From the NCBI GenBank assembly GCA_977017575.1, contig CDRNVI010000071.1, positions 1 through 64,000 on the forward strand: DNA of 64,000 bases. Direction: 5' to 3'. The notes below the pieces were generated by a model. That model was not told the DNA's origin. It saw only the letters and a list, made by a program, of their open reading frames with translations, and did not search any database. Shown here piece by piece: positions 1 through 9,682 of this stretch; within the stretch, counting starts at the first letter, position 1, and every line of letters starts with the position of its first letter. This stretch comes from Paramoeba atlantica (Eukaryota > Protista > Discosea). A program made the position numbers and the translations under genes.

Positions 1-262
1 CTACGAAGGACAAGCTTAGGAGAGAGCGTAGTGAATCCACGGTGTGTGCTTTGTCCCAAGCAGTGGACGAGACATTTTGAGGTGTTAGGCTTGATAAGTA
101 GGGAAGAGAGCGCAGTTTCGAAGATTTCAGCGACTTCTTGTGCTTGCGTCGTGGTTTGCGTAAGGAATTTCACGTCGTCGGCAGACGCTTTGCATAAATG
201 AGTGTCCTGGCCGTCATGGTATCCGAAAGTGGGGCGTGCCTTGCGAACGTAACGTATTATGG
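1..262 (-). pseudogene. Non-LTR RT core fragment (degenerate YADD region), RLE-type
   Basis: Manual minus-strand translation gives ...HLCKASADDVKFLTQTTTQAQEVAEIFENCA..., followed after a frameshift by KPNTSKC. This resembles the xADD / LxxNPxKC part of R2/NeSL-type RTs. The frame is broken. Confidence 0.55.
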
Positions 263-269
263 TTATTGG

Positions 270-490
270 AGTGAGGCCGCCAGTAATATTGCGATGAGTG
301 GGTTTGAACTCGTGTTGAAACCGTGCTGACGTACAGTTCGTCGACGCAGCGTGTTGGTAACCGCACGTTGGTGCCGCCTTGGAAAAGCGGAAACTGGTAG
401 AGGACGTCGGCCTCGGAACCTCCAAATCTGTCTGTGAAGGGTCTGGCTTGCCAGTGACCATCCGGAGCGATCCGGAATGATTTGGATTTG
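270..490 (+). mobile_element. SINE-A partial copy: 3' half (+) with an inverted 5' head fragment
   Basis: 316-490 matches the 3' half of SINE-A and ends in GATTTGGATTTG. 270-312 is the reverse complement of the B-box/core segment (GAGTTCAAACCC...CTGGCGGCCTCACTC). Confidence 0.8.
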
Positions 491-714
491 ACAGCCCAAT
501 TATCATTTTTAGTGATTCTCAGAATTGTGACTTTTACTGTATGTGGATGTACTAAAATGCGGTGTTATCGAGAATGCGCTATCTTCTCAATGTACATGAC
601 GGGCTTACACTCAATCTCATCAAAAGACTACAGAAAACGTGCAGCCGCTTCCTGCGAAAATGGTTCAACCTTGCAGCATACGCACACCCCGACCAGCTCT
701 ATATCAAAAAGGAA
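491..714 (+). pseudogene. Non-LTR RT thumb-region fragment
   Basis: LSRMRYLLNVHDGLTLNLIKRLQKTCSRFLRKWFNLAAYAHPDQLY resembles the post-RT region of RLE-type LINEs. It is oriented opposite to the flanking fragments. Confidence 0.5.
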
Positions 715-1120
715 TGGAGGTGGCGGAGGGAGTGGAGGTGGCGGAGTGGAAAGAACTCAAAGTTTGAAGAACATGGTGCTCAGATGGCGAGTTCAAACCC
801 GCTCATCGCAATATTCCTGGCGGCCTCACTCTAAGAGGCTGGGCTGATAACCGACTAGGCCCAGTACTCGGAGGACCGTCCCGGACCCTCCCGTCAGGGA
901 ACCAGCTCCCTTACCCGGCTTACACCTCTTGGGCAAGCCGTGTTGACGTACAGTTCGTCGATGCAGCGTGTTGGCAACAGCACGTTGGTGCCGCCTTGGG
1001 CAAGCGGAAACTAGTAGAGGACGTCGGCCTCGGAACTTCCAAATCTGTCTGTGAAGGGTCTGGCTTGCCAGTGACCATCCGGAGCAATCCGGAGTGATTT
1101 GGATTTGGATATTGGATTTG
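715..1120 (+). mobile_element. SINE-A, full length (tRNA-derived head, (GATTTG)n tail)
   Basis: A-box TGGCGGAGTGG, B-box GAGTTCAAACC, a variable-arm-like hairpin, a ~300-bp body and a hexamer tail. Repeated at 3191, 11161, 24833 and 52183. Confidence 0.85.
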
Positions 1121-1124
1121 CTGC

Positions 1125-3170
1125 TTTCCACTCCTTTGGGCAGACATTCCAACGTAATAGGTCATTGAAGCATTTCGCAATTCGTTCGTGCAGTGACTTC
1201 AGCTTTTTCAGTGCTGTGTTTTGAATGGCGTCTCGTCCCGGAGCGGAGGATGATTTCGTCGCGCTAGAGAAGCGCTTGGCCTCTTTGGGGGTTATATCAT
1301 CCCAGGTTTGAGGGTTCACTTTTTGGCTGGTTAGTTGTGATTCGTCTGCTAGGTTAGCGGTAGAGAGAAGTGGTTGCACTATTTTTGAGAAGTGTTCTAC
1401 GACCTTAGATGTTTCGCACGTTGGGTACGTGTGTCTGGACGAATTCGGTCTTTTGTAATGCTTCCGTGGCTGCAGCCCATGCGTTTTCCGAGAAGCGCAG
1501 GGTTGCTTTCCCCTCTGCTCTCTCCGTATTTCTAGCAGTTCTGCTTCATTGGCGAATTTTGAGGCGAGAACCTCAGCGTTGCGAGCCTGTCGATGTAATT
1601 GTACACGGGTATCGCGTGGTGCGTGGCGTGCTTTTCCTCTGAGCAACTTCGCTTAGGTTCAGAGGCGCTTGCAAGCATTTTTATTCGATGTGGGTCGGCG
1701 GTGGGGTCGTTGAGGGGGTGCTGTAGAACGAATTGTGACACCGCGATCCCCATGTTCTCTGGTTTCTGCTACGGCGCAGCTAATCACTATACACGCCGTC
1801 AGCGTAGCGATGTTATCTTCCGCTGAGGTTGCGCTACAAATATTTTGTTCTTTGTATCATTGGAATAGTTCATTGCTGAGTTTAAGATTCATGCGGGACC
1901 ACAGCAAGACCTGAAGCCGCAGCCAATAGTGCACTCTTAGAGTCAGGAAGGTTGATATTTCTTTTACAGCAAGCGTGTTTGCACGTGAACCTGTTCGCGC
2001 AGTGGTGATTACAGCTTTGGGCGTTGTCGGAATCGACTTCGGTATTTCCTTGTGGTTTTGTACTTTCATTATGCCCTACGGTTTCCCCATGTTGAGCAGG
2101 CGCTATATCGGGTAATTCTTCATTTGGAGATTGTTGACTGTTTTCGGCATGTCCAGGGTTGTTGCTCCGATTTGTTGTGGCTGATGTCTGGTTCTGTTTC
2201 AGTCTGGCTCTGGGGTCGTAAATGTCGCTTGCAACAAGAGTGGAGACACTCTGTTTTGTTATGACATTTATGTCCGCATTCACCTTGCTGTGTTATGGGT
2301 GGTGGGGGAAGGGGGTACAGTTCCTGCGCTGCACGATATGTGGCCAATGCCAGAACTTACCGCGGATGAGAGGGATCTTCGCCGGGGCGTGTTGACAGGG
2401 TCCTGGCTGTGTCCTGTTCGGCTGGCCAGCCGTCGAGGGGGCATATTACCCAATGATTCACTTTCTGTCCGTTCAAATTGGGTCGAGGACGTTGTCTGGA
2501 AGGGTCTCTTACAGCACACGTGGGCGCACAGCAGTTTGTCTTTACATACGTGTTTGCATGGGGCAGGCGTTAGCTCCAGTGGAACTGGGAGAGGGGGTGG
2601 TAGCGAAGGAGGCACCGTGGGACTGCCCGTTTCCTGTGCAACGGGGTTCGGGTGTGATGTGGTCGTGGGCAGATGGCGTTTGCAGCAAGGATGTAAACAA
2701 TGAAGTTCATCTTTACAGGCGTGCCTGCACTCTTGTGTGAGAGGGTTCTGATTTGTGGTAGAGGAAGCTATGTCCGGAGGGTTAGAGCGTGGCCCAGGAG
2801 AGGAGCGTGACCGTGCAAGTGGGGGGGAAGCGGTGCGTAGTTTCCGACTTGCGTTGGGAGAAGTCTCAATCCGTGTTGGTTCGCTATCCAGAGGCTGCAA
2901 GTGCCGTTTGCAGCAGTCGTGGGCGCAATTACGTTTATCCCTACATATGTGTCCGCATTCCTGGCGGGGGTTTGAATCTAGCGTTTGTTGGGCTTCATTT
3001 GTGGCGTTGGACTCACCATATCCTGGGACATCGGTTCCGAGTTGTTGTACTTCGAACTCGTGCAGAGTGGCTCTTCCTGCGCTATCCCAACGTGCAGAAA
3101 GCGCGCGTTATAGGGTGTACGGGCGGGCATAAGTGGGGGCAAACAGGAGTTCGTGCATGTCGGCCGTGGT
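1125..3170 (-). pseudogene. 5' part of a non-LTR retrotransposon ORF: five C-x-H-x-C-x5-C-x-H-x-CC motifs followed by the RT N-terminus
   Basis: SAPGRDAIQNTALKKL...IAKCFNDLLRWNVCPKEWKA is the RT domain 0/1 region. Upstream lie five Cys/His motifs in Pro/Ser-rich spacers. The ORF is frameshifted. Confidence 0.7.
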
Positions 3171-3190
3171 CTGTGGGGGTCGGCCGTGGG

Positions 3191-3680
3191 GGGAGGTGGC
3201 GGAGGGTGGAGGTGGCGGAGTGGCAAGGGCGGACGTGGAGGAGTGGCAAGAAATCAAAGTTTGAAGCACAGCGGGAGCGAGCGTAGTTGGTAGACGGTGG
3301 GCCTTACAACCTGCAGGTTGTTGGTTCGATTCCCGCTATCGACAAAACTGGCAACCTGGCGGCCTCACTTCAAAGGGAAAGCGATCAGGAGTGCCTTCAA
3401 GGCCCACACCCAACCCCGCTCCACTGGAGGACCGACCCGGGACCGCCGAGCTGAACCAGGCTCCAGCGCAGCCGCTAATTTGCGTGCTGCTTACGCAAAG
3501 GAGGCTTGAGACACAGCCCACACGATGCAACGGGGTTGGACGCCCGAACTGGTAGCTACGGTTGGGTAGCCGTGCTCGGGCCGCAAGTCGTCGAGTGCCG
3601 TCTGGGAAGGGGGTAGCAAGACAATGAAGGTCGGTGACCTGAGACTCTACCCTAACGGTTGGGGCCCTCCGTGTTCTTCT

Positions 3681-3712
<32 letters not shown>

Positions 3713-4082
3713 TTCTTCTTCTTCTTCTTCTTCTTCTTCTTCTTCTTCTTGAAGCACATGGTGCTCAGACGGCGAGTTCAAACCCGCTCATCGCAATATT
3801 CCTGGCGGCCTCACTCTAAGAGGCTGGGCTGATAACCGACTAGGCCCAGTACTCGGAGGACCGTCCCGGACCCTCCCGTCAGGGAACCAGCTCCCTTACC
3901 CGGCTTACGCCTCTTGGGTAAGCCGTGTTGACGTACAGTTCGTCGACGAAGCGTGTTGGCAACATCACGTTGGTGCCGCCTTGGGCAAGCGGAAACTGGT
4001 AGAGGACGTCGGCCTCGGAACTTCCAAATCTGTCTGTGAAGGGTCTGGCTTGCCAGTGACCATCCGGAGAAATCCGGAATGA
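3191..4082 (+). mobile_element. SINE-A interrupted by SINE-B
   Basis: The SINE-A head runs to TTGAAGCACA (3261-3270) and resumes at 3749 with the same 10-mer, which is the TSD. Confidence 0.85.
3271..3750 (+). mobile_element. SINE-B, full length (tRNA-Val(TAC)-like head, (TTC)n tail)
   Basis: The head has a CTTACAA anticodon loop and a GGTTCGATTCC B-box. There is a long (TTC)n tail and a 10-bp TSD TTGAAGCACA. Confidence 0.88.
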
Positions 4083-4609
4083 TTATAATATATATATATT
4101 ATAATAATATATATATTGAGGGAGATACGGAGTATCTAACTCGCTTACTAAGGTTAATTCCAAAACTTGAAAATGCCCCTCAAAGAAGCGAGAGATCCAG
4201 TTTTTTCAAAATTTTAAAACGTAGCAGTAGCTCACTAGATGAACTCTTTAATACTCGAAAAATCATCTACAACGACCTCATTTCCCAAATTGTAGAACAC
4301 TTTTGGTAAAAAAAAGTGCGTCTGCAAAGGTCTGCGATACGACAAACTGGTTGACTAAGGAGAGTCCTTTGAGTACTCCAGTTGGTAAAGAGGTTCCATT
4401 TTGACGCTGGATGTCCGCGGTTCGGTTCCCAGCATCGACATTTTAGAACAAAAAAATTTATATGCTCAAAATCGCGAAAAAAACAAATTCGGAACGATTT
4501 TTTTTTTCAGATTTTTTTTTCTTGAAAAAAGTGGCCAGCTGGCCACCAAAAACACGGTTTGCATTTTGTATATATATAGAGAGAAAAATAATGTGCAGGT
4601 CCGAGTGGT

Positions 4610-5300
4610 ACAGTGTAGCTACAGTGGACCTTGAGAGAGTGAGAGCAGTGCCATGTGAGGCAGTGATTGCACAGTGATGCAGTGCAGCTGCAGTGGCACG
4701 TGCCAGAGTAAGTGCACTGCCATGTGAGGCAGTGACTGCAGTGATGCAGTGTAGCTGCAGTAGCACGTGAGAGAGTGAGAGTACTGCCACGTGAGGCAGT
4801 GACTGCATCGGCACTGTACCTACAGTGGCACGTGATAGAGTGAGAGCAGTGCCCCGTGAGGCAGTGATGCAGTGTAGCTGCAGTGGCACGTGCCAGAGTA
4901 AGAGTAGTGCCACGTGAGGCAGTGACTGCAGTGTAGCTGCAGTAGCACGTGAGAGAGTGAGAGTACTGCCACGTAAGGTAGTGACTGCATCGGCACTGTA
5001 CCTACAGTGGCACGTAAGAGAGTGAGAGCAGTGCCCCGTGAGGCAGTGATGCAGTGTAGCTGCAGTGGCACGTGCGAGAGTAAGAGTAGTGCCACGTGAG
5101 GCAGTGACTGCAGTGTAGCTGCAGTAGCACGTGAGAGAGTGAGAGGCAATGCCACGTGAGGCAGTGACTACAGTGATGCAGTGCAGCTGCAGTAGCACGT
5201 GAGAGAGTGAGAGTACTGCCACGTAAGGTAGTGACTGCATCGGCACTGTACTTACAGTGGCACGTAAGAGAGTCAGAGCACTGCCACGTGGGGCAGTGAC
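4610..5300. repeat. ~55-65-bp minisatellite with ~180-bp higher-order repeat
   Basis: Recurring GCAGTGTAGCTGCAGT(A/G)GCACGTG..AGAGTGAGAG..TGCCACGTGAGGCAGTGA units. Every third or so unit carries the variant CATCGGCACTGTAC. Confidence 0.95.
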
Positions 5301-5339
5301 TCACGTTGAGTGAGTCCACTGAGTGAGTCCCACGGGGGT

Positions 5340-5562
5340 GGGAGAGTGTTGTGGAAGAGTGGCCAGCTGGCCATGTTGTGGGAGTGACCATGTTTTGGAA
5401 GTGGCCATGTTGTGGAAGTGACCATGTTTTGGAAGTGGCCAATTTGTGGAAGGGTGGCCAGCTGGCCATGTTGTGGAAGGGTGGCCAGCTGGCCATGTTG
5501 TGGAAGGGTGGCCAGCTGGCCACCAAAAACACGGTTTGTGCTTCGTCGAAAAGTGGCCAGCT
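5340..5562. repeat. Tandem repeats built on the palindrome TGGCCAGCTGGCCA
   Basis: 27-bp units (GTGGCCAGCTGGCCATGTTGTGGAAGG). The block GTGGCCAGCTGGCCACCAAAAACACGGTTTG also occurs at ~4531, bracketing the minisatellite. Confidence 0.9.
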
Positions 5563-5579
5563 GGCCTTTCTGTTCCTGG

Positions 5580-6852
5580 GAAACCCGTGATGTGCCTAGT
5601 CAACCTATGCCCGCAGAGGCGACTAGTGAATGGTACGCTAATGATTGAAGATGAAATCATTGTAAAGAACGAGAAGACCAAAGAAGAATTAAGCTCATAC
5701 ATTAAAGAAAATGGAAGGCCTGGTAAAATTTTGGATTGCACAGCCTTCTCAATAGCTGGCATCTCGTCCTCAACAGTAGACGGAAATCTTTCGGCTGAAT
5801 TTCGAAAAAGTGATATTGATGATGAGCTTGAAATTGGGTGCGGCTTCTCTTACACCATTCACAAAGTACAGGGAGCTACTCTTACAGAAAATGTCTGCAT
5901 AGACTTGAACCGCAGACCAACATGCTATCACAGCAAGATGTTATGTCATGCCTCGGTGTACGTGGCCCTCTCAAGAGTAAAAAGTGTGAGTCAACTTTGG
6001 TTACTCCCTGAAAGAAGTGATGGAGGCTTTAGCTACTTGGAAAACTTGCGACCCAACGCCGACGTTTCGAAATTCGTGAAACGTATGACGCAGAAGGAAG
6101 GCAATGAAAAATACGTACCTGAAAAAACTCTGTACCGTTGCCCTCCGCCATCTAAGAAAAAGAAACTGCAAAGAAAGGGGGAATACCCTATGTCGCGCGA
6201 AAGTGAAACTTACACGCGACCCCAGTTAAAAGATCGGACGCAAGACAATCAGTGGACACAACCTGGACAATTTATACCGGACACAGTTATAAACACTTTA
6301 GGTTCAGTACTTTCAAGCCCGTCTGAAAGATATCAAGTATTGGATAGTTCTGTGGCAACTACGATTTTTAAGAGATATGCCACATCAGTAGGGGATTTAC
6401 CGGCAGAAATAAGAACAAGAATTTTCTTGGCTGACCGCACTGCCGTTCCATTCTTTTTCAATCAACACTTCGCTCTATGTGTTATCGTACCGCATGAAAA
6501 TAAAGAAGGCGGAAAGTTACTTTGGTTCGATTCCCTGCCTAACCACAATCCGAGGAGAAGAACTGAAGTGCTCTTAGATGTGCAAACTGTTGCGCAAAAT
6601 ATCTTTCACGGAGCACATGGCTGGGAGATTATACAGGGCTCAACCTTGGTGCAAGATGATGGCACCAATGACTGTGCTTTATTCGTTTGCCGTTGGATGA
6701 TTCAGTGCGCAACTCCAGGTCTCGAAACACCTCCTGAACTGTCTCGTACGGAACTTGCTCAGATCGTCAGCCGGGAATCGGTAGAAGCGGTATGGGCAAA
6801 AGAGCGAAGAACAAGAAATACAGTGGAACAAGAAATGTACAGTGGAAAATAG
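5580..6852 (+). CDS. PIF1-family helicase C-terminus fused to a Ulp1/C48-like cysteine protease (5'-truncated Helitron ORF)
   Basis: Helicase motifs PVMCLVNL...LVNGT, YTIHKVQGATL and HASVYVALSRV. Protease-like motifs QHFAL, WFDSL and QDDGTNDCALF (His/Asp/Cys). The ORF-track start at 5446 lies in repeats and is probably spurious. Confidence 0.85.
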
Positions 6853-7202
6853 AAAAGAAATTAGAGTAAATTGATACGAAAATCACATTCATTTTGAATA
6901 CCTTCTTCGTGAGAAGAGGGTCCTCAGACAATTATCTCTCGCCTTGACGTGGCGTCTGAGCTTAATGCCTGTTGGCTAACCAAGCAGAGATACATAAAGA
7001 ACTGTCAACGAACGAAATGTTCCGTATGCACGGCCTGGTGTAAGTGTTGGGGGAACCTCGGTTCCGTCTCACTGAGCCAGTGGACGTGCCTATAGGTGCA
7101 CTTTTGCATTATTAAAGTACAACATAAAGGGCTCAATGCTTAACATAAACAAGACGTAAGTAGAATCGAACATAGACCTCCCAGAGGCAAAATGTTAGCC
7201 GG

Positions 7203-7420
7203 GCGGGCCCCTCAAAAAAAAGATTTCAGAAGCTTGCTTTCTTCAAGATTACCTGCCACGAGGTAAAGCACTCCCCGCGCCAGCGGGTCTGCACCGCCTC
7301 GAAGGGCCCTCCCGGCGGGCCCTTCAAAAAAAAGATTTCAGAAGCTTGTTTCCTTCAAGATTACTTGTCACGAGGTAAAGCACCACCCGCGCCAGCGGGT
7401 CTGCGCCTCGAACGGCCCGC
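7203..7420. repeat. ~113-bp tandem duplication
   Basis: Two diverged copies of GCGGGCCCC(T)TCAAAAAAAAGATTTCAGAAGCTTG...GCGCCAGCGGGTCTGC. Confidence 0.9.
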
Positions 7421-7424
7421 CGTA

Positions 7425-7631
7425 TAACCCAGATTGAAAGGGGCGAGGGAGATACGAAGCAACAGGCGTGGCAGATTCCCACTGAAAAGAAATGGTATCT
7501 CCCGCACGAAGTTTGCCTCCGAGCTAGAAAGCACAAAGGCTTTTCTCGTGCGGGGAGATACCATTTCTTTTCAGTGGGAATCTGCCACGCCTGTTGCTTC
7601 GTATCTCCCTCGCCCCTTTCAATCTGGGTTA
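7425..7631. repeat. Long palindrome (~85-bp arms, one 1-nt bulge, 36-nt loop) forming the 3' end of H1
   Basis: TAACCCAGATTGAAAGGGGCGAGGGAGATAC...CCCGCACGA and its reverse complement were read directly. Confidence 0.95.
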
Positions 7632-7651
7632 ATATAATAGAACTCTTGACT

Positions 7652-8420
7652 CCGCGCACCACCACAGACCCGCTGTCTTCGCAGCCGACCGACTTCATGA
7701 CAGACAGAGCGCCAGAGCATGGGTCCGCCGATACACCGAAAAGGAGCTGATAGCTGAGTATCGCCGCCGCGCTCCCGTCGCCGCTAAATGGTTTAGTGAG
7801 GAGACAGATGCTGAGTTAGCTGAGGATTTTGCGCGAGCTCTGCACAATATACATGGAAAAGAACTCTCTCGGTTTACTTCGATCTTCGTCAGCTAACTCA
7901 CGTGCATGGTGGAATGTGCATGGGGAAATATTGTGTCGGTATGTGTAACGGCCTCTTACAAGGCCGTTATACACACCGACACAATATGATTCTGAAGGTC
8001 CTACTAGACACGCTTCGAAGTTGTGGCCACATACGAGAAATGTATTTTGATCTACCTGGCAACCCCTCCGAGGAGCACCCACCATCATGGCTAGCAAACT
8101 TTAGCACGCTACGACCAGATGGGTGGATTCTCATAGAACATGGCTCAGAAAACATCATTGAACTCACCTCCCCGTGGGAAGAAAATTTTGATAAAGCCCG
8201 CGAACGAAAGTGCGCAAAGTACGAGGAAATTTTGCGCTACCGACAGGCAACAAACGTACGCACGAGCCTCATAACATTTGAGGTCGGAGCTCGGGGCAAA
8301 CTTAGCGATAGTACGCTCGGTCTTTCCTGGGTATTCCCGAAAGATCATAAATACCACGTTCGCTTTTGTCATCGTAGAGGTGATGAAGAATACCAGTGAC
8401 GCCGAATGAGGATCGAATAC
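7652..8420 (+). pseudogene. 3' fragment of an RLE-type LINE (R2/NeSL/HERO-like restriction-like endonuclease)
   Basis: GRYTHRHNMILKVL...LRPDGW...IELTSPWEEN..KARERKCAKY...FEVGARG. ACTCTTGACT occurs on both sides and may be a TSD. Confidence 0.8.
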
Positions 8421-8464
8421 ACTCTTGACTTAGCGTACTGAAGGCCTGGGGCAAGAATCCATAC

Positions 8465-9655
8465 TTATTGGCTCGAAGAACTGGTATAGAAGATTTTGTT
8501 TGATGCCTCCAAAACGCTATCCGTTATTGAATATATCATTTGAATCCAATTGCGCCATGCAGTAGTGCTGTGCTTTTTTATGTTTGCAATTATGTACTGA
8601 TCACAAGGTTGGAACACATGAGTCATTTTCGCCGGGATATCTACGACACTGCAATTGTGATCTTGAAGAAGTTTTCGTACATCTCCATGTTGTTTGGCTT
8701 GGTCAATAATCAAAAGAGCTGTGGCGTGGATTTCCCCAATCTCCATTCGGATCTCCTTAAGATTACCTTGAAACCATTGAACCCATTTCTCAAAGGTCGT
8801 TGCGTCTTGAAAATGAGAAGAAGTCCGATGATCTTGCAAAATACGGTTGTCAAGCTCAGGAACTTTGGCGTGGACTGCATTGGTTGCACCTTTCCAGATA
8901 AATTGAGCACCATGAATTTTTCCATCACCAGAAACCAGGACGCTGCACGTGAACCCAAGACGTGAGGACCCTATTTGAATAGGCTTTCCTTTTTTTGCAC
9001 GTATCCATGTCCATCGATGGTTCTTCTCATCTAGATGACAAAAAAATTCATCCATATTGAACAGCTCGGGTTTCACAGTGCAGTGCTTTTGAAGATCATC
9101 TAAGAAGTTTTTTCCAGCATTTTTTTCCTCGGATGCTGTCACGCGTCGGTGCGACGTTGCAGCTCGAAAATTGAAACCATTAGAACGCAGAAACGAACTA
9201 GCCCACGAATCACTTACAATGAAAGGGCCACCATTCTCAGGCAAAACACTGGGGCGCATTTTGTCAATAAGACCGCGTGCAATGGAGGACACAAACGGAG
9301 CGTCTATAGCCTTGCTTTGGCCATTATAGCAAGTAATAGCTGTCAAAAGCTCCTCCTTCTCAGAGTCTGTAAGTAGAAACGGTCTTCCACGCTGTACGGT
9401 GGGATCTCGGTCCCGAAGAGAAAACACGGTGGTCATGGTCATTCGTTTCTCATGGGTTGAATTCCAGATGCGCACAGCATCTGATACTGTAGAATATTTG
9501 CAAAGAGAGTGAAACTTTTCCAATTCTTCCTTGCTCCACACCTTGCGACGCTTTAGATTGCCTTCTTTTCTTTCGCCATAGTCGTCCAACGCACGTTTGG
9601 GGGCACCGCTTACTGTGGTAGTCTCCAAGGACAACTGGTCGTATTCTCGAGACAT
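8465..9655 (-). mobile_element. pogo/Tigger-like DDE transposase ORF (near full length)
   Basis: N-terminal HTH/CENP-B-like region (GRP..L, SDSWASSF), followed by LFNMDE, LLIIDQAKQH and IPAKMTHVFQPCDQYII. TIRs were not identified. Confidence 0.85.
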
Positions 9656-9682
9656 CTTCTAGAAATTTACAAAAAGAAATTA

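Larger units (their letters stand above)
4116..7632 (+). mobile_element. Internally deleted Helitron2/Helentron-like element (H1)
   Basis: Begins A|TTGAGGGAGATAC with a 5' hairpin, contains a minisatellite and a PIF1-helicase/C48 ORF, and ends in an ~85-bp-arm palindrome containing GTATCTCCCTC about 20 nt from the end. Flanks are AT-rich. No Rep/HUH domain is retained. Confidence 0.7.

Noticed and set aside
715-810. Functional tRNA genes (including tRNA-Sec, from TTCAAA) at SINE heads
   Set aside because: The acceptor and anticodon stems are broken, and the sequences continue into SINE bodies with tails and TSDs.
3674-3750. (TTC)n microsatellite as an independent feature
   Set aside because: It is the expanded 3' tail of SINE-B.
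4610-5300. CRISPR-like array
   Set aside because: The units are mutually similar throughout with no unique spacers, there are no cas genes, and the context is eukaryotic.
4458-5762. Long ORFs (262, 176 and 153 aa) on the minus strand
   Set aside because: They are translations of minisatellite and palindromic repeats.
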